A DNA stretch of 64,000 bases from positions 15,324-79,323 of the forward strand of contig DAHWUG010000001.1 in assembly GCA_027334715.1 (NCBI GenBank), given 5' to 3'. A program made the position numbers and the translations under genes. A model generated the notes under the pieces. It did not search any database. It saw only the letters and a program-made list of their open reading frames with translations, and was not told where the DNA came from. Shown here in pieces: positions 37,518-47,444 of the stretch. This DNA is from Nanobdellota archaeon (GTDB taxonomy: Archaea > Nanobdellota > Nanobdellia > Pacearchaeales > GW2011-AR1). The first letter of the stretch is position 1; each line of letters opens with the position of its first letter.

Positions 37518-40500
37518 ATGAAAAAAGAGAAAATGCAGAAAAAAGGGATTTTAACTAGTAAGAAATTTAACACTGCTACAATAATAGGATTATCTTTATT
37601 TTTAACATTGTTTTTTATATCAATAATCTCTGCACAGGGTTCTTATATAAGATCTGCCCCTGCATATACATACGGCTACCAGGCAGGTTCATTTTTTGGA
37701 TTGCAGAATTATCCACAGGTTGATTCAAACATGTGCAACAACAGACAGGATTTTATCCTGCAGGTTGACCCTCTTGGCTGCACGCCAAGCGTTGTAACAA
37801 GTGACCTTCTTGAGCAGCAGAATGTCGCTGTTTTCTGTCCTATTGTTGCAACGCAATTAAATCCGTTGATAAGCGTCAGCGCAATAAACAACATGGTTTT
37901 GGCGAACCCGCCAGGCAGCAGTTTTTCAAATAATATTGCAGGAGTGAATTATTTCCCATCACAAGCAGCACTTGGGCAGTACAATCCATCAATAAGCTCG
38001 CCTTATCTTGGAAATATAGGCTATGCAACAATTATCTTAAGGCAGCAGCCAAATGAGTCGGCAATGCCTGAATTTGTCCAGGGAAATTTGACAGCGCAGA
38101 TAAGTTATAATATAAAGAATGCATGGGGAGTTGGAAGTGCAAGCTATTTCCTTCCCCAACTTTCCGATACTGATTTCAACAAAAATATAAATGCTTACAG
38201 TTTCTGGAATGGAAAAGGATTCATAAGATTGGACAGCGCAGATAACACAAAAGCTGTCATTTCTGTTTATTCAGGAGTTAGCGGAGCTGCAGGTTCAAGC
38301 ACTGCAAAGACAAAAGTTGCAACATTTAATCTTAAAACAGGAGAAACATCTTCTGACATTTACCTTCCGGGATTTGCTTTGTGCATGGGTGGCTTAAAAG
38401 TTCATCTCCAGGATTTGGAAAACCCAGATACAACTGCAAAGCTGATTGTTGATTCAAGCGTAACTGACTTAAGAAAAGGGGATACTTTCCTTGATGGTAG
38501 GTGCACGGTTAAATCAATATCAAAACAGGGAATAAACCAAAATGTCCAGATTTTATGCAATGAAGACCAGCAGGAAAGCAATTTTCTGCTTGGAATAAAT
38601 CCCAAGGTAAACTTAAGTATTAACGGAACAACAAAAACTTACAGCGTTGGCGATTATTTGTTTGATTATCTAAATCCAAAAGACCAGCAGCATTATTCTG
38701 TTTATCTTGGTTTCATAGGAAATAATGGAAAAGCAAATCTTGATTCAGACATTTACATAAGAACTCTTTTAATACCAACAAAAAACGGCGGAACAGAAAC
38801 AAAATTGACCAATGACGAAATTTCATATGTTGCAGGATATGATGAAGCCGTTAAAGGCTCTGATTTAAAGCAAGGAATTTCCGGCCAAATAGTTGATGGT
38901 GGCAAAGCAGTGTTTGCAACAATCAGCCAGATATTAAGGGGGGGTCTTAGTGGAAAATATCTAAGTTATCTTCAATATGGTTCTTCTGATACAAATTTTC
39001 CAACTGATGGGCAAACGAAACTCAGGATAGTGGGTTATGCAGGAGTTTATGACACAGATCTTTCGCAACTTCCAAAACCAACTCAAGATTCTTATAATAG
39101 TGCAATGAGTGATTACCAGACAATAATAAACAATTACGCTGGTGAAACCTATCCATCAGGAAGCTCTGTAACAGAAGGACAACAGGCACTTCAGCAGGCA
39201 ATAGATCTTGCAAATCAATTTGGGCAGAAAAGAACAGTTCTTCAGCTATGCCAACAATATTCACAAAGTTACGGAGCAGATTCAGGCATTCCGCCTATAT
39301 GCAGTGATAATGCACTTCTGTCAAGCACATCTGTTTCAGAGCAAAGCGTCATTATCAACGGGCAATCACACGTAATTTCTTTTTACGGAATAACACAGCC
39401 AACCTTTGACCAATACGGTGTTATTATTTCTGTACAAAATCCTGACGGAACTTATCGCGATCCTGCTGACTTACAAAAAGGAGATGTTCTTTATCTTACA
39501 CAGGAAACAGATTATGCTTATACGACTGGCTCTATTTTTAATGGCAACCGCATTACAGTTTATTACAGATATGATAATACAGCTGGCTGGCAATGGTCTG
39601 TTGATAAATCAGTATGGATGCCTGTAAGAACAGTAATAATTTCAGGAGGAAAAAATCCTGGAGAACTAACATCTTCTGAGCAAATAAGTATGATCAATCA
39701 GCTTAATAAAAATGGTCAAGGAAGTAAAACATTTGATGATGGAAAACAATTGCTGACAGATAGCGGTGCTTCACCACAGACAAATGAGCAATACATTCAG
39801 CTTGCTCACCTTACAGCAGACACGGCAACTTTCAATACTTATCTTGGAACAGGAACATTCACAAGTGCTTTGCCACAGCAAAAAATTAAGCTTGGAGCTG
39901 TGGATACATTTGGAAGCCAGTATACCTTTGCACTGCAAAAAATAAATCTGCAGCAGGTTGCAAAAGTTTCCATAGAGCCTGACATAAATTATGCCCATTC
40001 AAATGCATCATTCAGTTTTAAAATAGGAATTGAGAAAAGAAATATTCAGCTTACTCCAAATGAAACAAAGCAAAGAATAAAGGATTTGAATAATACAATA
40101 AACAAATGGCAAAGCTTGCAGAATTCACTTAATAGTGTAGTCAAAGTAGGAAAAGCTGCATGCATTATTACAGAAGGAACATTGCTTGTTAAGAATTTCA
40201 TTGCAAATTTAGGAGGTGCAGGAGCTGCAAGGCAATTGGCAATGAGAAGTCCGGGGGGATGGGATGACCAATGTCAGAAAGCAGTAACAAGCAATTCCCA
40301 GATTAATGGAAAAGGGCCATTTACAACTGTTGAAAACTGTCTTCAGGCAAATTCACCTGCTGTTGATGCTTCTGTAAATGCATATGACGCAGCTCTTAAA
40401 GCTCAAAATGATAATATACAGACACTAAGCCAAGGATTACCAACTACGACTGTTGCAGGAGAGAAAGTTACTGATAATGCCCAGCTTTTCGATAAAATAT

Positions 40501-43500
40501 CTCCTTCTGTAATAGGAAGCTTGTCAAGCAGTTTGAATGGAGTTTTTCCAGATGGAATACCTACTGGAAACGGAAATCAAAAAATTAACATTAATGATAT
40601 AACAAAACAAATAAATTCAAACACTGCAACGCTTTCACAAATGGAGCAGCTGCAGCTAAATATAGGATTGCTGAATTCAAATGACCAAACTGTTGCATCA
40701 ATTGCAAAGAATCAGGTACAGACAATACTTACCCAGATTAACAGCAACTATCAGGCAACTGCACAGCAGACAGCTGCTAATCAAGCATCACAAAATGATA
40801 TTGATAATGCACATGCAATTGTTTTGGCAGGACCAAATGCCAAAGAGCTGATATACTATGGTTCTACAGCCAAAGATGGAAATAAATTTGGAATTGCAGC
40901 AGGCACACCTGTTGCAGTAATTGTATTTCAAAACCAGCAATATACTCTTGAATTAACTCCTGTAGCAGGAAGCGGGAATACCTATGCAATAAAAAATGTT
41001 TATGATGACAGCACAGGAAATAATTTAGACCATGAAAATGCAATTTATGCAGAAATAATAAAAACAATTTCTGACTTTAAAGCTTACACTACAGACTCTT
41101 ACAAAAATCAGTATCTTAACCCAACTCTTCAATATTATGAAACAGGGCAGTATGCAGGATTGCCTGCAATTGTTCCATTTGATCTGCAAAATGGCTGGTA
41201 TGCTGTTATAAAATCAAATCTTCCAATTTTAGGAGGGCTGACTTCTTATGATGCATCTGGAAGAGTTTCTGCCTTTTATGTGTGCAATGTTGGCCCAAAT
41301 GGGAGGGAAGAAGACATGGGAGGGGATGACATATGCGGACAATTTGTTCCAGGAACAAATCAGCCACCTGTCTTTACAGGGCTTGATTCTTCACAATCAT
41401 TAGAATTAATGAATAAAGCTACAGATGCAATTAAGCAAGCATCTTCTATTAAACAAAAAACAGGAATTGTACTTATTAATGGGCAAAAAATCCCTATTGG
41501 GCAACCATCAACAGGCACGCCTGTAATACAATGCGAGGATTTCATGTCTCCCAGCGATTGCAATATCTTATTCAATGTATGTGATCCTTTTGTATGCCCT
41601 TCAAGCAGATGCAATCTCGGGGGAGCTTACCCTGTTCAGGATGTTATCCAGTCCGGAATTATAGGAAGCCTTGCACTTTGTTATCCAAATTTTCCGCAGG
41701 TAAAAATACCAATATGCATTTCAGGGGTAAATGCAGGATTGCAGGGTTATATCAGCGTTCTTAAATCATACCAGCAGTGTCTGCAAACAAGCCTTAATAC
41801 AGGGCAGCAGGTTGGTATTTGTAGTGAAGTAAATAGCATTTACCAATGCCAGTTTTTCTGGAAGCAGGGAATACCTATAATAAATTATGCCCTTCCAAAA
41901 ATAGCTGGAAGCGTTTTAGGACAGAATTCTGGAACAGGCGGAGGGGAGTATTTAGCAGGCACAGATGCTGTTACAAATGCACAAAAATCAATTGATTATT
42001 TTAGCCAGTTTTATGCTGCAAATTCGTACAAAGCATTCCAGGAAAGGTCAACAGAGGGTGTAGGAGATGCTGTCTGCAAAAACTTTATCTCATTGACAAC
42101 GCCAAATGGAGGAGACTTATTTAATACATTAATAACTCCCGATTCACCTGTGCAATTTTACGGGCAGTTTGATGAAGCTCCTTACACAACTGCAACAAAT
42201 CCCCCAACGTCTCAGTATAATGTATTTTACCACATTTATGCGGGAACAGATTTCCCAGCTTATTATCAAGTTTATCTGAAAGGCTCTCAGAGCTCATTTT
42301 ACCAGGATACATCTGTAAGCAGGGTTGTTGCAACAGGTGTTGTTCCTATAGGACAGTTTACAACAAACACGAGTGTTTTCACAGCCCCATCTGGATATCA
42401 GCAATTATGCATTGTTGTCAACGGACAGGAGCAATGCGGATTCAAACAGGTAACAACTGAATTTGGAGTAAATTACCTGCAGCAGCAGTATTTATCTTCA
42501 CAGGCAAAACAGACAAACATAACTTCTGAGGCAAATTGTGTTTCTGGAACTCCAAGCGTTTACAATTTATTGAATCCAAATGTGCAAGCAGGTGTTACAA
42601 ATACAATAAATCCTGCAATTTACAATCAGGGAATAATAAGAATATGCTCTACAAATAGCCCAGGTCAGGGAACAGATGCAAACTGGAATACTCAAAATGC
42701 ACGATGGCAAAAAGTTGGCTATTGTGATACACCAAATATTGGGTGTTGGCTTGATACACAAAGCGTCACTAATGTTATAAAAGACACAAACATTGCAAAT
42801 TCAACTTTGCGGGCAACAAGCTCACAATTTGTCCAGCAATTGCAATCACAAAATGGATTCTTTGATGACCCCGGGTTTGCTTCATACATATCTTCCTTAA
42901 ATACATTGAAAGATCAAAAACAAAATCTTCAGATAATAAGCTCAATAACACAAAATCTCTCAAAAGCTTCTCTAAGCAATCAGAAAGCAGAGCTTTATTT
43001 AATAAGAGGAAATGCATATACTTCTGTTGCAATCCAGGGATTTGATGCTGCTTCAGCTGGTTCAAAATCCTTGTGTGTTACATGTCTTCAGGCAGGAAAT
43101 GATTGGTGCGGAAGTTCTTCATCAGCACAATGTGTTCCTTCTGGAACATGCAAAATAAGTGATACAATAAAAGCTGCTTATGGTTATTCTGGAATAAGCC
43201 TTTCTAATGCAACAGACAGATGCTCTGTTTTCACCAATGGAATAAAAACATCATCAGGCACTGCAGCAAACGGAGGTTCATGCACTGTAAACTCTGATTG
43301 CCAGTCAAACTATTGCGATACTGCTAATGGTATTTGCACTGATTCTTCAACAATCATTGGTTCTACAGGAAATAAAAATCCAACTGGTGTAATAAATACA
43401 CAAACGCAACAAATTTTTGGAGCTAGTTATCCTATTTTTGAGTTTCACACTGCCAGAATTTATGATATTATAACTTCTTCAGATTTATTATATACATTCT

Positions 43501-44675
43501 ACCAAAATAATTGGTATTGGTGCATAATGTCTAGTGGTTGTCCAATTACTTCTGGAACACCTATACCGGACAACACTTACTGGAAACTTGCCGGAAATCC
43601 AGGAACTTCTGTATCATTAAGTGATAATAATCTTAATTTCTTAACATCTCTTGGAACTGTTCATACTTATTCAGGCGGATTAGCATTATTAATACAAAGA
43701 ACAATTACAAATCAGGAAGGAGGTGGACTTAAACCATTTGGGTTTACAATATTAAGCTCTGATGATAAATTGTCCACAAGTAATGTTGACTATACCCCTG
43801 ATGGAATTTTTACAATTCATACTCCTAATAAATATGATTTTTATCTTATTCATGCTCAAAGCACATGGCAGTGGAATACTTATTCTGGGCAGCCACTTGA
43901 TTCTTGGCCTTATGTTACATCTACTTCATCTAATGGACAAAATCCAACTACTGCTGATTTAAGTTTAATACAAAGTTTAGTGGGGCTAAATGGACTTAGT
44001 GGAGCTCAAATAATCTTTGGGGGCAGTGCAATTTCATCTTCAAATTCAGGAACAGGAAATGCAATAGGCACATGTTCCAGCCAGACAAGCTGCCAGCAAT
44101 TATTGGGAAATGAAATAATAAGATTGGCACAGCAAGTGAAACAGGAGAATAAAAATATTGTTGATTCAAATATTCAAGCACAGACAGGAGCAAAATCATT
44201 TGAATGCCTTGCATTACAAATTGCCATGGTTGAAAGCACTATCCAACAATGTAACCCTCTCCAGCAGAATAACAATCCGTTATATTGTGAAGGAACTCCT
44301 GATGAAGTATATGCTAACACAAATAATGGGGAAAGTAGTTTTGGAATTATGCAAATAAATACAGCTGGTCAGTATAGTCATTGTGGAGACTCATGGAAAG
44401 ATGGGACCTCATTGTCTTCTGATTTAACCCAGTGCAAAATTCAGCTTTCAAATCTTGATACAGATATAAAAGAAGGATTAAACATTTTAGTTAGTGGGTC
44501 TAATGGCGGTCCAAAAACATTTAGCTGTCAAGGAGCACAAGATCAAACATACAGCGGGTGGACATATGCAATAAGAAATTACAATGGCTGGGGATGTCAG
44601 AATCCAGGTTATGTAGACAAAGTTATTAATGACAAACAATTAGTTGCTAACCTTTTCCCCTCTGTTTGCGGTTGA
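37518..44675 (+). CDS. giant secreted protein (2385 aa) with C-terminal family-1 lytic transglycosylase (SLT) domain
   Basis: N-terminal signal/TM; S/T/N/Q-rich repetitive beta regions; C-terminus carries AMVES (catalytic Glu-Ser), GIMQI and AIRNYNGWG motifs of the SLT fold plus many Cys. Confidence 0.8.
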   Translation: MKKEKMQKKGILTSKKFNTATIIGLSLFLTLFFISIISAQGSYIRSAPAYTYGYQAGSFFGLQNYPQVDSNMCNNRQDFILQVDPLGCTPSVVTSDLLEQQNVAVFCPIVATQLNPLISVSAINNMVLANPPGSSFSNNIAGVNYFPSQAALGQYNPSISSPYLGNIGYATIILRQQPNESAMPEFVQGNLTAQISYNIKNAWGVGSASYFLPQLSDTDFNKNINAYSFWNGKGFIRLDSADNTKAVISVYSGVSGAAGSSTAKTKVATFNLKTGETSSDIYLPGFALCMGGLKVHLQDLENPDTTAKLIVDSSVTDLRKGDTFLDGRCTVKSISKQGINQNVQILCNEDQQESNFLLGINPKVNLSINGTTKTYSVGDYLFDYLNPKDQQHYSVYLGFIGNNGKANLDSDIYIRTLLIPTKNGGTETKLTNDEISYVAGYDEAVKGSDLKQGISGQIVDGGKAVFATISQILRGGLSGKYLSYLQYGSSDTNFPTDGQTKLRIVGYAGVYDTDLSQLPKPTQDSYNSAMSDYQTIINNYAGETYPSGSSVTEGQQALQQAIDLANQFGQKRTVLQLCQQYSQSYGADSGIPPICSDNALLSSTSVSEQSVIINGQSHVISFYGITQPTFDQYGVIISVQNPDGTYRDPADLQKGDVLYLTQETDYAYTTGSIFNGNRITVYYRYDNTAGWQWSVDKSVWMPVRTVIISGGKNPGELTSSEQISMINQLNKNGQGSKTFDDGKQLLTDSGASPQTNEQYIQLAHLTADTATFNTYLGTGTFTSALPQQKIKLGAVDTFGSQYTFALQKINLQQVAKVSIEPDINYAHSNASFSFKIGIEKRNIQLTPNETKQRIKDLNNTINKWQSLQNSLNSVVKVGKAACIITEGTLLVKNFIANLGGAGAARQLAMRSPGGWDDQCQKAVTSNSQINGKGPFTTVENCLQANSPAVDASVNAYDAALKAQNDNIQTLSQGLPTTTVAGEKVTDNAQLFDKISPSVIGSLSSSLNGVFPDGIPTGNGNQKININDITKQINSNTATLSQMEQLQLNIGLLNSNDQTVASIAKNQVQTILTQINSNYQATAQQTAANQASQNDIDNAHAIVLAGPNAKELIYYGSTAKDGNKFGIAAGTPVAVIVFQNQQYTLELTPVAGSGNTYAIKNVYDDSTGNNLDHENAIYAEIIKTISDFKAYTTDSYKNQYLNPTLQYYETGQYAGLPAIVPFDLQNGWYAVIKSNLPILGGLTSYDASGRVSAFYVCNVGPNGREEDMGGDDICGQFVPGTNQPPVFTGLDSSQSLELMNKATDAIKQASSIKQKTGIVLINGQKIPIGQPSTGTPVIQCEDFMSPSDCNILFNVCDPFVCPSSRCNLGGAYPVQDVIQSGIIGSLALCYPNFPQVKIPICISGVNAGLQGYISVLKSYQQCLQTSLNTGQQVGICSEVNSIYQCQFFWKQGIPIINYALPKIAGSVLGQNSGTGGGEYLAGTDAVTNAQKSIDYFSQFYAANSYKAFQERSTEGVGDAVCKNFISLTTPNGGDLFNTLITPDSPVQFYGQFDEAPYTTATNPPTSQYNVFYHIYAGTDFPAYYQVYLKGSQSSFYQDTSVSRVVATGVVPIGQFTTNTSVFTAPSGYQQLCIVVNGQEQCGFKQVTTEFGVNYLQQQYLSSQAKQTNITSEANCVSGTPSVYNLLNPNVQAGVTNTINPAIYNQGIIRICSTNSPGQGTDANWNTQNARWQKVGYCDTPNIGCWLDTQSVTNVIKDTNIANSTLRATSSQFVQQLQSQNGFFDDPGFASYISSLNTLKDQKQNLQIISSITQNLSKASLSNQKAELYLIRGNAYTSVAIQGFDAASAGSKSLCVTCLQAGNDWCGSSSSAQCVPSGTCKISDTIKAAYGYSGISLSNATDRCSVFTNGIKTSSGTAANGGSCTVNSDCQSNYCDTANGICTDSSTIIGSTGNKNPTGVINTQTQQIFGASYPIFEFHTARIYDIITSSDLLYTFYQNNWYWCIMSSGCPITSGTPIPDNTYWKLAGNPGTSVSLSDNNLNFLTSLGTVHTYSGGLALLIQRTITNQEGGGLKPFGFTILSSDDKLSTSNVDYTPDGIFTIHTPNKYDFYLIHAQSTWQWNTYSGQPLDSWPYVTSTSSNGQNPTTADLSLIQSLVGLNGLSGAQIIFGGSAISSSNSGTGNAIGTCSSQTSCQQLLGNEIIRLAQQVKQENKNIVDSNIQAQTGAKSFECLALQIAMVESTIQQCNPLQQNNNPLYCEGTPDEVYANTNNGESSFGIMQINTAGQYSHCGDSWKDGTSLSSDLTQCKIQLSNLDTDIKEGLNILVSGSNGGPKTFSCQGAQDQTYSGWTYAIRNYNGWGCQNPGYVDKVINDKQLVANLFPSVCG

Positions 44676-44711
44676 TTGATTATGATTCTAAAGCTTTTTA
44701 TAGAGATAAAA

Positions 44712-44795
44712 TGCGGGAGATAGGATTCGAACCTATGCAAGCACTAAGCTAATGGGTCCTAGGCCCACTCCGTTTGACCACTCCGGCACTCCCGC
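44712..44795 (-). tRNA. tRNA-Leu (type II, anticodon UAG), unusual C33
   Basis: acceptor GCGGGAG/CTCCCGC, long variable arm, anticodon loop CCTAGGA, T loop TTCGAAT. Confidence 0.65.
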
Positions 44796-45449
44796 ATTAA
44801 ATAAGTTTGCATATTGTGGTTTAAAAGTTATTCCATAATACTCTTTTCTATACTTTTTATGAACCCATTTATCTTTTAAAATAGGAACTTTAAGGCTATT
44901 AAAAATTGAATCTAAATCCTTCCACATTTGTTTGCTTGCAGTTGATAACCCATAACCCCTCCTTCTTTTTCCCCCCTCTGTCGCTAATAATCCCTTAAGG
45001 AAGGCTATTTTAATCTCTTTGTTTGAGTTTAAAATACATTTTGGAATTTTTACTACATCACTCTTCTTCCCTGAAGGAATCCCAAAAACATTTTTTAATA
45101 AATTATAAATTGCTTTACTATCAATGCACATGTGATATGTTTGCTGTTTACCTTCTCTTAATTTTACTTTTGTGACATTAAATTTTCTGTTAAATAGACT
45201 AACACATAATTTTGATATATGCTTTATCAGATTCCAATTTGTTAATTCTATTGTTGTTTGAGTCTTACTTTTTTTTAGATGACCATCCCCTATAATACAC
45301 CCGACAAAAAATGCTAACTCATCATTGATATACAAAGGAATTTTTGTTAGTTTTGAAGGACCGTATTTTGCTTTAACAAAGATTTTTTTATTATTTCTTG
45401 AAATTACATTTAATCCATTTTGAGAATTAATTACATCTTTTTTGTACAT
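44733..45449 (-). CDS. LAGLIDADG homing endonuclease, free-standing; ORF tail reads into tRNA-Leu
   Basis: Two LAGLIDADG motifs LAFFVGCIIGDGHL and IAFLKGLLATEGG; the last ~21 codons overlap the tRNA 5' half. Confidence 0.65.
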   Translation of the reverse strand: MYKKDVINSQNGLNVISRNNKKIFVKAKYGPSKLTKIPLYINDELAFFVGCIIGDGHLKKSKTQTTIELTNWNLIKHISKLCVSLFNRKFNVTKVKLREGKQQTYHMCIDSKAIYNLLKNVFGIPSGKKSDVVKIPKCILNSNKEIKIAFLKGLLATEGGKRRRGYGLSTASKQMWKDLDSIFNSLKVPILKDKWVHKKYRKEYYGITFKPQYANLFNAGVPEWSNGVGLGPISLVLA

Positions 45450-45537
45450 CGGAGTTTAAGGAGACTAAACTTAATAAATGTTTCGTTGCCTGTCCTATTT
45501 ATTAGATAAAAATTAAGGAAATAAAAAAATCCAAGAA

Positions 45538-46473
45538 TTACTTTGCCTTTACCCTTATTTCATTCTCTTTCTGCTTTATCTTTTCCTCCAGGTCAAGTTT
45601 TTCTATGAGTTCCTTGTAACGGTTTCTTATTGTGACCTCTGTTATTCCTGCAATGTCTGCAACTTCCCTCTGTGTCTTTTTTTCATCATTGATTAATGCA
45701 GCAACGTAAAGAGCTGCTGCTGCAATTCCTGCAGGGCCCCTTCCTGATGTCAATTCAACATCTTCTGCACGTTTTAAGACCTTGAGCGCGTCATTCTGCG
45801 TTTTTGGAGAAAGTTTTAGAACAGAAGAGAAACGGGAAATGTAATCTTTTGGAGAGCTCTGGTTTACCTTTATTCCAAGCTTTCTTATAATAAATCTGTA
45901 TGTTCTTCCTATTTCCTTTCTTTCCACATCAGAAGCTGTTGCCATTTCATCCAGGGTTCTTGGAATATTGTAGCTTCTACATGCTGCATAAAGGCAGGCT
46001 GCAATCACAGATTCCATGCTTCTTCCACGTACAAGACCTCTCTGAAGAACATAATTGTAAATTCTTGCTGCATCATCTCTTATTACATTTGGCAGATTCA
46101 AATATGAAGAAATAACCCTTAATTCAGCCATTGCAAGCCTTAGATTTCTTTCAATGCTTGTTGAAACGCGCTCCTGCCATTTTTTTAGCCTTAAGAATTT
46201 TCTTGTCTGCTTTGGCTCAAGCCTGTATATGTCTGATATTTCTCCAACATTTGTCGTAAGTCCTCTGTCAAATTTCTGGATGCTTGTTGGAGCTCCGCCA
46301 CGGCCTTTTTTCTCGCTTTTGTCAAACTTTCCCTGCAAATCAATGCCAGTATCAACCATTTTTTCCTCGACGACAAGACCACAGTCATTGCAGATAACTT
46401 CACCCAAATGAGAATCATATGTAAGGTTAATACTTCCGCATTCAGGGCATTTTCTTATAGAAGATGATGGCAT
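45538..46473 (-). CDS. tfb: transcription initiation factor IIB
   Basis: N-terminal zinc ribbon CPECGS...CNDCG, B-finger, two cyclin repeats. Confidence 0.9.
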   Translation of the reverse strand: MPSSSIRKCPECGSINLTYDSHLGEVICNDCGLVVEEKMVDTGIDLQGKFDKSEKKGRGGAPTSIQKFDRGLTTNVGEISDIYRLEPKQTRKFLRLKKWQERVSTSIERNLRLAMAELRVISSYLNLPNVIRDDAARIYNYVLQRGLVRGRSMESVIAACLYAACRSYNIPRTLDEMATASDVERKEIGRTYRFIIRKLGIKVNQSSPKDYISRFSSVLKLSPKTQNDALKVLKRAEDVELTSGRGPAGIAAAALYVAALINDEKKTQREVADIAGITEVTIRNRYKELIEKLDLEEKIKQKENEIRVKAK

Positions 46474-46605
46474 TTTGGTTGATTTTGGTTGATTTTAGTT
46501 TAATAGAACATGCTACTATTATGACAAATATTTTTAAATGTTTCGGTTATATAAACCTTTCGGTTTCCTCCGACGACACTTTCTTATTTTTTTAAGAATT
46601 ATTGC

Positions 46606-46965
46606 TTATGAAATCAAAATACCGTTAACCATTCCTTCCTGTGAAGGGCGATTGGTTATCCTGACTTTTCCCTTGTCTGTCTGGACTACGTTTCCCTTGC
46701 TTAATATATTCTGCCTTGCCAAGAACCTGTTTGAAGGAGTTTCGAGAACATTTTTTATCTCAAGCTTTTCTGTCTTTTTACCAATTTTTACATTAATCAT
46801 GTTTCCTTTCAGCAGGAATGTTTTTACATTTCCGCCAAGGACTTTTTGAGTCTTTCTTTTTTCTGTTCCAAGCTTGACATCCCTTTTTTGGCCTTTCAGC
46901 TCATAAAGCTTTTTCTTTCTGCTTTTCTTGTATTTTCCGCCAGATATTTTTCTTCCGTGCTTCAT
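46606..46965 (-). CDS. rps8e: ribosomal protein S8e
   Basis: MKHGRKISGGKYKKSRKKKLYELKGQ fits the S8e N-terminus. Confidence 0.8.
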   Translation of the reverse strand: MKHGRKISGGKYKKSRKKKLYELKGQKRDVKLGTEKRKTQKVLGGNVKTFLLKGNMINVKIGKKTEKLEIKNVLETPSNRFLARQNILSKGNVVQTDKGKVRITNRPSQEGMVNGILIS

Positions 46966-47086
46966 ATGAGAAAATCAGATTTTTCGTTTAAATATGTTTC
47001 TGTCACCTAATTATTTCGTCGATTAAGCTTCAGCATGAAAAAGATTTCAACGAAATATTTATAAACAATTTTTAAGAAGATAATCT

Positions 47087-47338
47087 ATGGTTAACGGAAT
47101 TGAAAGACCTTTGGATTTGCTTAATAACTCCAAGGGGAAAGAAGTGTTAGTCCATTTGAAAGGAGATAAACAGTTTGTTGGGACATTGTTAGCTTTTGAT
47201 ATACACATCAATTTAGTCCTTGACAACATAAAAGAAATGGAGAACAATGAGATAAAAAGGAATCTCGGTTTGACATTTCTTAGGGGAGATACGATAATCT
47301 TCATTTCTCCTGCTTCTACTGCTTTAAAAAAAGAATAG
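47087..47338 (+). CDS. Sm-like (LSm) archaeal protein
   Basis: PLDLLNNSKGKEVLVHLKGDKQFVGTLLAFDIHINLVL...RGDTIIFISP Sm1/Sm2 motifs. Confidence 0.8.
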   Translation: MVNGIERPLDLLNNSKGKEVLVHLKGDKQFVGTLLAFDIHINLVLDNIKEMENNEIKRNLGLTFLRGDTIIFISPASTALKKE

Positions 47339-47444
47339 GCGTTTTTGATTTAATTTTCGCAAATTACATTGCGGATTAAACTTAGCCACTGCCCTATGAA
47401 TTATTTTTAGTTACTTTTATTAATTGTACTTGCCTACCAAGAGA

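Noticed and set aside
37709-44358. About a dozen 60-100-aa ORFs on either strand inside the 2385-aa giant gene
   Set aside because: Nested in a continuous 7.2-kb reading frame with a recognisable C-terminal domain; no start or promoter context.
46538-46849. 103-aa plus-strand ORF overlapping rps8e
   Set aside because: Antisense to the S8e gene.
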